DNA of 61,170 bases, filler included. It is 5 parts of 5 records of this genome, joined end to end, with 100 filler letters (N's around TTAATTAATTAA, not from the genome) between each part and the next. Parts side by side here need not be neighbours in the genome. Positions count along the whole stretch, not along the records: positions 1 to 25,652 come from SRR16203515_4780; 4 more parts are not named here. The stretch is one strand, 5' to 3'. A model generated the notes under the pieces. That model was given only the letters and a program-made list of their open reading frames with translations. It had not been told where the DNA came from and did not search any database. Shown here piece by piece: positions 10,835-21,337 of this stretch. Both the position numbers and the translations under genes were made by a program. Each line of letters begins with the position of its first letter. Positions within the stretch are counted from its first letter, which is position 1.

Positions 10835-11690
10835 TCGCCAAGGCTCTTTGATAAATCTTGCGCTTTGGTTGTCTTGTTGCCGCCGAAATCATATCAGCCG
10901 CATCTTTTACCGACATTTTATCCAACGCGTTTCTGATCTGATCATCTATGTCATCTTGGTTAACGGATGATGAACGAGCGCGGTCGACCAATAGAACAAT
11001 CTCCCCCTTTGGCGGATGCTCTGTCACACTGTCCAGCAATTCTTTCAGTGTCCCTCGCCGCACTTCTTCGAATTTTTTCGTCAGCTCGCGAGCAAGGGCA
11101 GCGCTACGCTCGCCACCTAACGTTGAGACCGCGTCCTTTAATGTGGCGGCAATGCGTTTTGGCGATTCATAGAATGCCAAAGTTGCTGGAATTTCGGACA
11201 ATTCGGACAGTTTTGAACACCGTTGCGATTTCGTGTTGGGCAAAAACCCTTCAAACAAAATCCGATCACTTGGCAATCCCGACAATGTCAGCGCCGTAAT
11301 AAAGGCAACTGGTCCTGGGGCCGATGTCACTAGGTAACCCGCATCCACAACCTGTTTGGCCAAATGATACCCAGGATCGGCAATCATTGGCGTACCCGCC
11401 TCTGAGCCATAGGCAACTGACTTGCCCTCTTCTAAATACTGCATCAACTTTGGACGCACCTTTTCACCGTTGTGATCGTGATACGCCAACAAAGGACGAC
11501 CATTTAATGGAACGCCGTGAAGGTCCATCAATTTGCGCATGCTGCGCGTATCCTCGGCCGCAATAACATCGGCGGATGCTAAAATATCCAATGCGCGCAG
11601 CGTAATATCACGCGCCGTCCCGATAGGTGTTGCAACAAAATATAAACCCGCGGCTAATTTCGATATTTTATGATTCACATCTAGACCCAT
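10812..11690 (-). CDS. rsmI: 16S rRNA C1402 2'-O-methyltransferase
   Basis: VATPIG, AAEDTR, YESPKR, ARELTKKFEE. Confidence 0.95.
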   Translation of the reverse strand: MGLDVNHKISKLAAGLYFVATPIGTARDITLRALDILASADVIAAEDTRSMRKLMDLHGVPLNGRPLLAYHDHNGEKVRPKLMQYLEEGKSVAYGSEAGTPMIADPGYHLAKQVVDAGYLVTSAPGPVAFITALTLSGLPSDRILFEGFLPNTKSQRCSKLSELSEIPATLAFYESPKRIAATLKDAVSTLGGERSAALARELTKKFEEVRRGTLKELLDSVTEHPPKGEIVLLVDRARSSSVNQDDIDDQIRNALDKMSVKDAADMISAATRQPKRKIYQRALAIDKNDDG

Positions 11691-11752
11691 ATATTCATGC
11701 GCATTATCGTCCCACCGAGTAACGAGACTGATCGGGTGCGGGAGATGATGGT

Positions 11753-12925
11753 ATGATGATGCCTATGACCAAAATTGGCAAGAAAGTCCAAAGCTTTGTC
11801 ACGATAAGTGCATTGGCCCTCATGACAGCCTGTGCGCCGACGATGCCAACAACGACAACAGGTCCAAAGGTTGATACATCAAAACCTGTTCCTGTCGCAT
11901 TATTGGTGCCGCAATCTTCTGATGGGACAGCGCAGATTGCAGCAGATCTGGAAAATGCTGCACGCCTTGCTGCCGCGCAATTGGACGATTTGGAGATTGA
12001 CCTGCGTGTCTATGACACTGCGGGCGATGCAACCGTCGCAGCCAGCGTTTCGCAACAGGCCGTTGATGACGGGGCGAAAATCATCATTGGACCGCTTTAT
12101 GCCGAGGCCGCAAATGCGGCGGGCACCGCTGTTGCGGACGACGGCATAAATGTTCTGAGCTTTTCAAACAACACAACCATCGCTGGTGGCAATGTGTTCG
12201 TGTTGGGCAAAACCTTTGACAACACAGCGCACCGCATAGTCTCGTTTGCAGCGGAGCAAGGCAAAGAACGCGCAATGGTCATTCACTCTGATAGGATCGA
12301 CGGACAAATGGGCCTGAACGCATTTCAGGGTGCCGCAGCGGATACAAGCCTGCGGATCGTTTCGGCGCAAAGTTTTGAGCTGACCCAAGAAAGTGTGGTG
12401 AATACTGTTCCCCTCATCCGCGCGTCCGCCGAAATCGAGGATGTCGATACTCTGTTCCTAACCTCTTCATCTGCGGGCGCATTGCCGCTGTTGGCGCAGT
12501 TGTTGCCCGAGGCCGGGTTGGACTCCGCGAACGTACAATACGCGGGACTAACGCGTTGGGATATCCCGCCGCAAACGCTTGAGCTAAGCGGTTTGCAAGG
12601 CGGTTGGTTTGCAGTTCCTGATCTGACGCGCACTGAAAATTTTTCGACACAATTCCAAGAGCAATTTGGAAATCGTCCCCACCAATTGGCCAGTTTGGCG
12701 TTCGATGGGATTGCCGCAATTGGCGCGTTGGCGCAGGCAGGATTTGACGATATTCTAACGCGCGAAGCGTTGACGCAGCCTTCTGGCTTTCAGGGGGTGG
12801 ACGGCATATTCCGTTTGAAGGATGATGGTACAAACGAACGCGGCTTGGCAATTGCCACAGTCCAAGACAAACAGGTACTAATCATTGACCCCGCTCCACG
12901 CTCCTTCGCAATCTCAGGATTCTAA
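11753..12925 (+). CDS. LppC-like lipoprotein (penicillin-binding protein activator)
   Basis: Lipobox LMTAC; VALLVP, IIGPL, FQGVDGIFRL; usual position divergent from rsmI. Confidence 0.8.
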   Translation: MMMPMTKIGKKVQSFVTISALALMTACAPTMPTTTTGPKVDTSKPVPVALLVPQSSDGTAQIAADLENAARLAAAQLDDLEIDLRVYDTAGDATVAASVSQQAVDDGAKIIIGPLYAEAANAAGTAVADDGINVLSFSNNTTIAGGNVFVLGKTFDNTAHRIVSFAAEQGKERAMVIHSDRIDGQMGLNAFQGAAADTSLRIVSAQSFELTQESVVNTVPLIRASAEIEDVDTLFLTSSSAGALPLLAQLLPEAGLDSANVQYAGLTRWDIPPQTLELSGLQGGWFAVPDLTRTENFSTQFQEQFGNRPHQLASLAFDGIAAIGALAQAGFDDILTREALTQPSGFQGVDGIFRLKDDGTNERGLAIATVQDKQVLIIDPAPRSFAISGF

Positions 12926-15650
12926 CGAATTAAACCTAATTTGTGACCCGAAATTAATTTTCGATCCAAACGCGCTAACCCCAATTTTTGAGGATAGTGC
13001 ACCTGATAAATTGCGTGGTGCACTGGTTGATGCGCTTAAACAGATGCGCAAATCGGGCATGAAACAAATCGCCAATGCGCTATCCGATACCCCGAACGCA
13101 GCCCGTCAGGCGGTGCAAAGTTATGCTTGGTTGACTGATGAACTTGTTAAGTGCGCGTGGCGCGCGGCAAATCAAATGCATCCAAACGCTACTCCGACCG
13201 AGGCTGAACGCCTAAGTGTGATGGCCGTTGGGGGCTACGGCCGTTTTGAAATGGCCCCTTTTTCAGATGTCGACTTGTTATTCCTGACACCTTACAAAAT
13301 AACGCCCTGGGCAGAGAGCGTTATTGAAAGCATGCTCTACATGCTGTGGGACTTGCGTCTAAAAGTTGGCCATTCATCGCGCACCATCCGCGATTGTTTG
13401 CGACTGGGTGGTGAGGATTTCACCATTCGCACAGCCATGTTGGAACAAAGATATGTCTGTGGTGACACAGAATTGGCCCAAGAGCTTGAAGAAAAACTTT
13501 GGTCAGAATTGTTTGAAGGCAGCGCACGCGAGTTTATTGACGCCAAATTGGGTGAACGCGACGCCCGACACGAAAAGCAAGGCCAACGGTACATGGTTGA
13601 GCCGAATGTCAAAGAGGGCAAAGGGGGTCTGCGCGATCTGCAATCACTCTTTTGGATCACGAAATATGTCTACCGCGTTCAGAATACGGCCAAATTGGTT
13701 GACCTTGGCGTGTTCCGCCCAGACGAATACGCGCTGTTTGAAGCGGCTGAAAACTTCCTATGGGCTGCGCGATGCCATTTGCATTTGGTTACAAATCGCG
13801 CGGCAGAACAGCTTTCGTTTGATTTGCAGGTCGAGGTGGCCGACCGCATGGGCTATCGTGATCAAAAGGGGCGGCGCGGTGTGGAACTGTTCATGCAGGA
13901 CTATTTCCGACATGCTACCAAGGTTGGGGATTTGACGCGCATCTTGCTGACCTCCCTTGAGGCGGATCACACCAAAGATGCGCCATTACTTGAACGTATC
14001 TTCCGCCGCAAACCCAAGGTGCGCAAGGAATACGAGGTGATCAACGGCCGTCTTGCCGTTAAAAATCCAGATACCTATTACGCAGACAAATTAAACCTTC
14101 TGCGTATTTTTGAAGAGGGATTGCGCACCGGCTTACTCATCCATCCCAATGAAATGCGTATGGTCTCTGCCTCGCTTGATCGCATCGACGATGACATGCG
14201 GGCAAACCCAGAGGCCCAGCGCATCTTTTTGGATTTACTGCTAAAACACGGCAATCCAGAACGTGCGCTACGGCGCATGAATGAATTGGGCGCACTGGCC
14301 GCATTTATCCCAGAATTTGAACCCATCGTCGCGATGATGCAGTTCAATATGTATCACAGCTATACGGTGGACGAACATACAATCCAAGTGATCAAAAGCC
14401 TTGCCCAGATCGAACGTGCTGAGTTGGAAGAAGAGCTGCCCATTGCCAGTTCGATCCTACAGGCAGGCATAAATCGCAAGGTAATCTATGTGGCCCTGCT
14501 CTTGCATGATATTGGCAAGGGGCGCAGCGAGGATCACTCGATTCTAGGGGCAAAAATCGCGCGTAGGGTTGCCCCACGGCTGGGCCTATCACAGGAAGAA
14601 GTGGACACCGTTGAATGGCTGGTCCGCTATCATCTGTTGATGTCCGATATGGCCCAAAAACGTGATATCGCCGATCCGCGCACGGTACGGGACTTTGCCA
14701 AGGCGGTTCAAACGACCGAACGTTTGGATCTGCTGACCATACTGACCGTGTGCGATATTCGTGGCGTTGGCCCAAACACTTGGAATAATTGGAAGGCCAC
14801 ATTGATCCGCGCACTTTATGCGGAAACACGACGCGCATTGGAAGATGGTCTTGAAGCCGTCAATCGCAAGAACCGCAGCAATGAGGCGAAGAAATCCCTA
14901 AAAGGTGCGCTGAAAGATTGGAAAAAGGGTGAAATTCAAGAAGAGCTTGAACGTCATTACGAACCCTATTGGCAGGGTTTGCCCGATAAAACGCACGTTG
15001 TTTTTGCAAATCTACTGCGCAATTTGGGGTCGGATGAAATCCGTTTGGATGTCCACCCTGACATCGATCGTGATGCAACACGCATTTGCTTTGCACTGCA
15101 TGATCACCCAGGTATTTTTTCGCGCCTTGCCGGTGCGCTGACATTGGTGGGTGCCAACGTTGTTGATGCGCGCACGTACACAACCAAGGATGGTTATGCC
15201 ACTGCCGCGTTTTGGGTACAGGACAGCGATGGAGAAGCCTATGATCTGTCCCGCCTGTCCCGTCTGCGCAATATGATTGAACGCACGTTGAAGGGCGAGG
15301 TTGTCACGCGTGACGCCGTGCATGAGAAGGACAAATTCAAAAAGCGCGAAAAGGCGTTCAAAGTGCCAACTTCGGTCACCTTCGACAATGATGGTTCGGA
15401 CATATACACAATCATCGAGGTGGATACACGCGACCGCCCGGGTCTTTTGTTTGATCTCACGCGCACGCTTGCGAACCTAAACGTTTATATTGCCTCTGCC
15501 GTGGTCGCGACCTACGGTGAGCAAGTCGTTGATAGTTTTTATGTAAAAGACATGTTTGGTCTGAAATTCTATAGCGATAGCAAACAACGCACCCTTGAAC
15601 GTCAACTAACCGAGGCGATCAGCAAAGGGGTAGAGCGGGCAGAGGGATAA
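12885..15650 (+). CDS. glnD: [Protein-PII] uridylyltransferase
   Basis: AVGGYGR..PFSDVDLL, EPNVKEGKGGLRD, HD motif LLHDIGKG, two C-terminal ACT domains. Confidence 0.97.
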   Translation: MTPLHAPSQSQDSNELNLICDPKLIFDPNALTPIFEDSAPDKLRGALVDALKQMRKSGMKQIANALSDTPNAARQAVQSYAWLTDELVKCAWRAANQMHPNATPTEAERLSVMAVGGYGRFEMAPFSDVDLLFLTPYKITPWAESVIESMLYMLWDLRLKVGHSSRTIRDCLRLGGEDFTIRTAMLEQRYVCGDTELAQELEEKLWSELFEGSAREFIDAKLGERDARHEKQGQRYMVEPNVKEGKGGLRDLQSLFWITKYVYRVQNTAKLVDLGVFRPDEYALFEAAENFLWAARCHLHLVTNRAAEQLSFDLQVEVADRMGYRDQKGRRGVELFMQDYFRHATKVGDLTRILLTSLEADHTKDAPLLERIFRRKPKVRKEYEVINGRLAVKNPDTYYADKLNLLRIFEEGLRTGLLIHPNEMRMVSASLDRIDDDMRANPEAQRIFLDLLLKHGNPERALRRMNELGALAAFIPEFEPIVAMMQFNMYHSYTVDEHTIQVIKSLAQIERAELEEELPIASSILQAGINRKVIYVALLLHDIGKGRSEDHSILGAKIARRVAPRLGLSQEEVDTVEWLVRYHLLMSDMAQKRDIADPRTVRDFAKAVQTTERLDLLTILTVCDIRGVGPNTWNNWKATLIRALYAETRRALEDGLEAVNRKNRSNEAKKSLKGALKDWKKGEIQEELERHYEPYWQGLPDKTHVVFANLLRNLGSDEIRLDVHPDIDRDATRICFALHDHPGIFSRLAGALTLVGANVVDARTYTTKDGYATAAFWVQDSDGEAYDLSRLSRLRNMIERTLKGEVVTRDAVHEKDKFKKREKAFKVPTSVTFDNDGSDIYTIIEVDTRDRPGLLFDLTRTLANLNVYIASAVVATYGEQVVDSFYVKDMFGLKFYSDSKQRTLERQLTEAISKGVERAEG

Positions 15651-15653
15651 GAC

Positions 15654-17180
15654 ATGCTGCGCAATGTGATGACCGTGGGGTTTTGGACCCTGATGAGCCG
15701 CGTCTTGGGTATGTTGCGAGAGGTCATGTTATATGCGTTGATCGGGGCGGGCCCCGTCTTGGACGCGTTTATCGCGGCGTTTCGCCTGCCCAATATGTTC
15801 CGCCGATTTACCGCCGAAGGGGCATTTAACGCAGCCTTTGTTCCGATGTTTTCCAAACGTGTCGAGGCAGACGATAATCCCATTGGATTTGCAAATCAGG
15901 CAATGGGCAGCCTGAGCTTTGTTTTGCTGATCCTCACTGCACTTGCCATGATTTTCATGCCCCTGTTCATTTGGGCCACGGCCAGTGGATTTTCGGATGA
16001 TCCACGCTTTGACCTTAGCGTTGATTATGCCCGTGTGATGTTTCCCTATATCTTGTTCATCAGCTTGGCCGCATTGATTTCAGGTGCATTGAACAGCATT
16101 GGCAAATTTGCCGTGGCTGCCGCAGCACCTGTTTTATTGAATATCATCATAATCACGGCGCTTGGCACATCTTGGGTGATTGGTGGATCTGCGATCACGT
16201 TTATGATCTGGTCCGTGCCCGCGGCAGGTATCCTGCAACTGGGTCTCGTTTGGTTTCACGCCCGACAAAACGGGTTGAACCTAACATTGGCGCGGCCGCG
16301 ATTTTCGCCCGAAATGAAACACCTGTTGATCGTTGCGACACCTGCGGCGCTAGCCAATGGGGTGGTGCAAATCAATCTGCTGGTCGGTCAGTTGGTATCC
16401 AGTCAACAGGTTGGCGCTATCAGTTGGCTTTATGGCGCAGATCGGTTGTATCAACTGCCGCTTGGTGCGGTCGGAATTGCAGTGGGCATCGTTTTGTTAC
16501 CCGAATTGTCGCGGCACCTGAAATCGGGGGATGAAGGTGCTGCAAAAGAGGCGCTGTCAAACGGTGCATTTTTCACAGCCGCGCTTAGTTTTCCTGCAAC
16601 GGTTGCCTTATTCATTATCCCACTGCCCTTGGCTGCGGCCCTTTATGGGTATGGACAAAATACTGTTGCCGATGTTCAGGCCATCGCGCTTGCCACAGCG
16701 ATCTATGCACTTGGGTTGCCCGCCTTCATGCTGCAAAAACTACAGCAGCCCCTGTTTTTTGCGCGTGAAGATACCAAAACACCGTTTCGTTGGGCCGTTG
16801 TTTCGATGGTGATAAATGCCATCGTTGCGATTGGGCTTTGGCCTGCTCTTGAGTGGTTATCCCCTGCGATTGCAACCGTAATCTCATCTTGGGCGATGGT
16901 TGGACTGCTTCATATGTCATCGCGCGCATTCGGCGATGTGGCGCGTGTCAAATCAGAGACGATGACAAAAATTGGACGTGTGGCGATTGCTTCAATCGCG
17001 ATGGGCGTTGTCCTGGGCGCTGCGCAATTTAGCGCAGGTGTTTATTTCACAAATGGGATCACGCAGTTTTTCTGGGCCCTTATCCTTGTTACACTTGGAG
17101 CCACAGCGTACATTATTTTTGCGCGGATCAGTGGCGCGTTTCGTTTAAGCGAATTACGCAGAGCGATGCAGCGAAAGTGA
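15654..17180 (+). CDS. murJ: Lipid II flippase MurJ
   Basis: SRVLG.LRE, AFRLPNMFRRFTAEGAF, ADRLYQLPLG. Confidence 0.95.
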   Translation: MLRNVMTVGFWTLMSRVLGMLREVMLYALIGAGPVLDAFIAAFRLPNMFRRFTAEGAFNAAFVPMFSKRVEADDNPIGFANQAMGSLSFVLLILTALAMIFMPLFIWATASGFSDDPRFDLSVDYARVMFPYILFISLAALISGALNSIGKFAVAAAAPVLLNIIIITALGTSWVIGGSAITFMIWSVPAAGILQLGLVWFHARQNGLNLTLARPRFSPEMKHLLIVATPAALANGVVQINLLVGQLVSSQQVGAISWLYGADRLYQLPLGAVGIAVGIVLLPELSRHLKSGDEGAAKEALSNGAFFTAALSFPATVALFIIPLPLAAALYGYGQNTVADVQAIALATAIYALGLPAFMLQKLQQPLFFAREDTKTPFRWAVVSMVINAIVAIGLWPALEWLSPAIATVISSWAMVGLLHMSSRAFGDVARVKSETMTKIGRVAIASIAMGVVLGAAQFSAGVYFTNGITQFFWALILVTLGATAYIIFARISGAFRLSELRRAMQRK

Positions 17181-17184
17181 GACG

Positions 17185-17871
17185 TCAATCACGTCTGAGA
17201 ACTTTTAAAATGCGCTGCAACCCGCCGGGTGCCACGAAAAAACAGATCAAAAATCCGATGATCGCGCCCGATAATTCGGCGACCCACACCCAAGTGTTCC
17301 CAAAGCTAAAGGCAAACACAATTTGAATACCAATCAGAAATCCAATTAGTGAAAACGCCTGTAGCGAAGGCTGCCCCGCAGCGCGAAAGGCCACCCAACG
17401 CAAAAATGCATGTGCACCCAACAATCCGTAAACACCCGTAAACATCCCAAACAGAACTGGCCCGTTAGGCACCAACAGTGAATAGATCAGTGCCCCACCG
17501 ATTGCGGACCCGATGAATACAATCAGCGTCGCCACATTGCTGAACACACTGCCCACAAATTTACCCATCGCCAGCAGTAGTGCGCAACTGATGGCGGTGC
17601 CAACTGAACTGCCGTGGATAAAGGTAAATGAAATATAGCGTTTTAATTCAAACCAACTGAAAACGCCCGTTTCGATTTGCGTGTTCAATGCCGCAGGGAA
17701 AAGGCCAAATTGGTTGATCAACCCATAGCGCATGCCCAAACCATACCGATTTCCCAACATCCCCTGTTCGCCCAAAACGATAAACCCCTCGATCCCGACA
17801 ACCAGCAGGAACAAGGCCATAATGACCGAGGGCATTTCGTTTAAGATCGGTTGGTTTTGTTGTTCTAACAT
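17185..17871 (-). CDS. Rhomboid-family membrane protein, apparently lacking catalytic residues
   Basis: Multi-TM protein with RYISFTFIHGS; no GxSG motif. Start taken at ATG 17871. Confidence 0.7.
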   Translation of the reverse strand: MLEQQNQPILNEMPSVIMALFLLVVGIEGFIVLGEQGMLGNRYGLGMRYGLINQFGLFPAALNTQIETGVFSWFELKRYISFTFIHGSSVGTAISCALLLAMGKFVGSVFSNVATLIVFIGSAIGGALIYSLLVPNGPVLFGMFTGVYGLLGAHAFLRWVAFRAAGQPSLQAFSLIGFLIGIQIVFAFSFGNTWVWVAELSGAIIGFLICFFVAPGGLQRILKVLRRD

Positions 17872-17953
17872 TCTGAGCCCTTGCTTTTGGTTGACGCTCT
17901 TACCCGCAATGGGTAAGCGGTTTTCAACATAAGTTCCAGACGGAGAATAAAAA

Positions 17954-18988
17954 ATGACGGATGCGGTCCAAACGCCATCCAATGGTGATTTCACAAAGCG
18001 TGTTTTTTCTGGTGTTCAGCCTACTGGAGCGTTGACGCTTGGGAATTATCTTGGTGCATTGAAACGTTTTGTTGATATGCAAAACGAAGATTACGAAACA
18101 ATCTACTGTATCGTTGATTTGCACGCCATCACCACCTGGCAAGATCCAAAAACCCTGCGCGATCAGGTCCGTGAAATTGCAGCGTCCTATTTGGCATCTG
18201 GATTGGACCCTGCGAAATCCATCATCTTTAATCAGGCTGCCGTGGAAGAACACGCACAACTTGCGTGGGTCTTTAACTGCGTGGCGCGTATGGGATGGAT
18301 GCAGCGCATGACCCAGTTCAAGGATAAGGCGGGCAAAAACGCGCAAAACGCCTCGGTCGGGTTGTTCACCTATCCTGCTTTGATGGCGGCGGACATCCTG
18401 CTGTATCACGCAACACATGTCCCTGTAGGGGATGATCAAAAACAGCATTTGGAATTAACCCGCGATATCGCGACCAAGTTCAACCATGATTTCGGTGAGG
18501 ACTTTTTCCCAATCACAGAACCTGTAATTGGCGGTCCAGCTGCACGTGTGATGAGCCTACGCGATGGAAGCAAAAAGATGTCCAAATCTGATCCCAGCGA
18601 TCTAAGCCGGATCAACATGGCGGATGATGCAGACACAATTGCGCAGAAAATCCGCAAGGCGAAAACAGATCCCGAAGCGCTGCCCTCAGAAGAGGCAGGG
18701 TTAGAAGGACGCGCAGAGGCACGTAATTTGGTTGCGATCTATGCAGCGCTGGCGGATGAAAGTATTGAAAAGGTGCTAACAGAGGTGGGCGGTAAACAGT
18801 TTTCGGAATTCAAACCTATGCTGGTTGAACGTGCTGTCGAAAAACTTTCTCCCATTTCTGCGGAAATGTGTCGATTATTGGATGACAAATCCGAAATTGA
18901 TCGTGTGTTAGAAAGCGGTGCGGATCGTGCGCGCGCCATTGCGGCACCTATTTTGAAACGCACACATGAAATCGTTGGCCTAAAGTAA
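17954..18988 (+). CDS. trpS: Tryptophan--tRNA ligase
   Basis: [29 protein letters not shown]. Confidence 0.98.
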   Translation: MTDAVQTPSNGDFTKRVFSGVQPTGALTLGNYLGALKRFVDMQNEDYETIYCIVDLHAITTWQDPKTLRDQVREIAASYLASGLDPAKSIIFNQAAVEEHAQLAWVFNCVARMGWMQRMTQFKDKAGKNAQNASVGLFTYPALMAADILLYHATHVPVGDDQKQHLELTRDIATKFNHDFGEDFFPITEPVIGGPAARVMSLRDGSKKMSKSDPSDLSRINMADDADTIAQKIRKAKTDPEALPSEEAGLEGRAEARNLVAIYAALADESIEKVLTEVGGKQFSEFKPMLVERAVEKLSPISAEMCRLLDDKSEIDRVLESGADRARAIAAPILKRTHEIVGLK

Positions 18989-19105
18989 CCGAGGCTACAG
19001 ACATGCGGGTCGGGGCATTTTGCAGAATGCCTTGACCCAAACACAGAGTTGAACCACACTCTGCCTGATCGGATTGGACCGATTAGCCAACATCAGGAGC
19101 GGATC

Positions 19106-19561
19106 TTGCGGAAATTTATGGTCGTCCTTGACGATAGCAAAGAATGTCTGAATGCGATGCGCTTCGCCGCGATGCGTGCGGCGAACTCTGGGGGTGGTGT
19201 CACAATATTGTCAGTGATCAGTCCTGATGAATTTAACCACTGGATCGGCGTAAGCGACATTATGCGTGAAGAAGCACGCGAGCGTATCGAAGTCCATTTT
19301 GAGGTCTTTGCAAAATGGATGCGCGATCGCAAAAATATTGAACCTGAATTGGTGATCCGAGAGGGCGAGGTCGTGTCGGAAATTTTGTCACAAATCCAGT
19401 CCGATCCTGAAATTGGGGTTCTTATTCTGGGTGCAGGTTTGGACAAAAAGGGCCCAGGCCCTCTGGTCACCCAAATGTCCAAAAATGCAGGGACGCTGCC
19501 AATACCTGTCACGATTGTGCCTGGGTCGCTTACCAAAGAACAGCTTGAGCTGATTACATAG
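19106..19561 (+). CDS. Universal stress protein
   Basis: RKFMVVLDDSKEC...GPGPLV...PIPVTIVPG; TTG start at 19106 after CAGGAG. Confidence 0.85.
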   Translation: MRKFMVVLDDSKECLNAMRFAAMRAANSGGGVTILSVISPDEFNHWIGVSDIMREEARERIEVHFEVFAKWMRDRKNIEPELVIREGEVVSEILSQIQSDPEIGVLILGAGLDKKGPGPLVTQMSKNAGTLPIPVTIVPGSLTKEQLELIT

Positions 19562-19597
19562 CCCCCACAAAAACTGAAATTTCAGGCACGCTCTAAT

Positions 19598-19626
19598 CTT
19601 GACTTATCTGGTCAGGAAAGCCATAT
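19598..19626 (+). promoter_or_regulatory. Promoter of nifU-tsaB-rimI (RpoH/RpoD-like)
   Basis: CTTGAC-N17-CCATAT. Confidence 0.55.
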
Positions 19627-19654
19627 TTACAACAATTCTAAATTGGAGCGCGTG

Positions 19655-20215
19655 ATGTTCATTCAAACCGAAACCACCCCGAACCCAGCCACATTAAAGT
19701 TCCTTCCTGGACTGAGCGTTATGGATGAAGGCACGGCGGATTATCAAAACGCAGATGATGCGGGAAACTCTCCTCTTGCGCAGCGTTTGTTCGCGGTTGC
19801 GGGTGTACGTGGTGTGTTCTTGGGGCGTGATTTCGTGACGATCACCAAGGACGAAGCAACAGATTGGGATCATGCGAAACCTGCCCTACTTGGCGCAATC
19901 ATGGAACATTTCCAGTCTGGCCAACCGGTCATTCAAGGGGATCAGGCGGCCGATCATGGCACACAGCACAGCGAGGAAGACGCTGGTATCGTATTGCAAA
20001 TCAAAGAATTGCTGGATTCTCGTGTTCGCCCCGCTGTTGCCCAAGATGGCGGTGACATCACGTTCCACGGGTTTGAACGCGGGGTGGTATACCTTCAGAT
20101 GAAGGGCGCTTGTGCAGGATGTCCATCCTCAACAATGACGCTGAAGATGGGCATTGAAAACCTACTGCGCCACTATATCCCAGAGGTGACCGAGGTCCGT
20201 CCTGTTGGCCTCTGA
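19655..20215 (+). CDS. NifU/Nfu family Fe-S cluster carrier
   Basis: MFIQTETTPNPATLKFLPG, VRPAVAQDGGDI, GACAGCPSS. Confidence 0.93.
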   Translation: MFIQTETTPNPATLKFLPGLSVMDEGTADYQNADDAGNSPLAQRLFAVAGVRGVFLGRDFVTITKDEATDWDHAKPALLGAIMEHFQSGQPVIQGDQAADHGTQHSEEDAGIVLQIKELLDSRVRPAVAQDGGDITFHGFERGVVYLQMKGACAGCPSSTMTLKMGIENLLRHYIPEVTEVRPVGL

Positions 20216-20798
20216 CACAGTTGTCCTTGCCTTTGACACATCTGGTCCGTTTTGTGCGGCGGCTGTTCTGATAAATGGTGAATTTAGGGCCTGTCGCGCT
20301 GATGATATGGCGCGTGGCCAAGCCGAAGCAATCATGGACATGATAGTAGATGTTTTAAACACCTCTGGCGTTACCTTGCAGGATGTGTCGCGCATTGGCG
20401 TGGGGACTGGCCCCGGGAATTTCACAGGCATTCGCATTTCAGTCTCCGCAGCGCGTGGTTTTGCGCTGTCTCTTGGAATTCCCGCGATTGGCGTGAATGG
20501 GTTTGATGCCACTCTGTATGGCCAGAGTGAAGACGCGGTTGCATGCCTGCCCGCAATCCGCGATCAGATATATTTTTCAGGTCACGGCCTGAACCCTCAA
20601 CTGGGTGATCATGATCAGGCGGCGCAACTGGGCCGCCCTCTAATTGACCGCCCCGATCCAACGCAACTGGTCAGAAATATCGCACGTATCACGGAAAGCA
20701 CGGATCAGTTTGATCGTCCCGTTCCAATGTATGTCAAGCCAGCAGATGCAGCGCCCGCACGCGATTTACCCCCAAAGGTGTTAAATGACGCCAGCTGA
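20205..20798 (+). CDS. tsaB: tRNA t6A biosynthesis protein TsaB
   Basis: LAFDTS, GTGPGNFTGIRI. Confidence 0.92.
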   Translation: MASDTVVLAFDTSGPFCAAAVLINGEFRACRADDMARGQAEAIMDMIVDVLNTSGVTLQDVSRIGVGTGPGNFTGIRISVSAARGFALSLGIPAIGVNGFDATLYGQSEDAVACLPAIRDQIYFSGHGLNPQLGDHDQAAQLGRPLIDRPDPTQLVRNIARITESTDQFDRPVPMYVKPADAAPARDLPPKVLNDAS

Positions 20799-21219
20799 GA
20801 TGGCACAGCTTCACCACGCTGAACCGACTGGGCAGCGCGCATGGAGCGAAGCTGAATTTTCCGCAATGCTGTCTGCAAGTAATTCTCTATCCGTCACTTG
20901 CGACAATGGGTTCGCAGTAGGTCAGGTCGTATTGGACGAAGCCGAACTCTTTCTGATCATGATAAAACCTGAGCATCGCAAGCAGGGGGTTGGGCACCGT
21001 ATTTTGACAACGTTTGAACAACAGGCGTTTCAAAACGCAGTTCGTCGTATCATTTTAGAGGTCGCGGATACGAATGAAGCGGCTCGGGCGCTGTATTCCG
21101 CAAACGGGTACCAACCGATTGCAGTGCGAAAAAACTACTACACCTTCCCTAACGGAAGCCATGCTGATGCAATAGTTATGGAAAAAGACCTGCAAAAAAC
21201 AGCTGAAAACACAGAATAA
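20785..21219 (+). CDS. rimI: GNAT acetyltransferase, RimI-like
   Basis: RKQGVG, LEVADTNEAARALY, RKNYY; follows tsaB. Confidence 0.8.
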   Translation: MTPAEMAQLHHAEPTGQRAWSEAEFSAMLSASNSLSVTCDNGFAVGQVVLDEAELFLIMIKPEHRKQGVGHRILTTFEQQAFQNAVRRIILEVADTNEAARALYSANGYQPIAVRKNYYTFPNGSHADAIVMEKDLQKTAENTE

Positions 21220-21337
21220 ATTTCCGGTTTTCCACAGAAATTCGTGAAAAACCAGTTGACGATTTGGCCATTCAACGGCCTTAATACTGCATGAAATAAC
21301 GCAGGGGGTGCCTGCGTACTCAACCGGGAGAAATATC

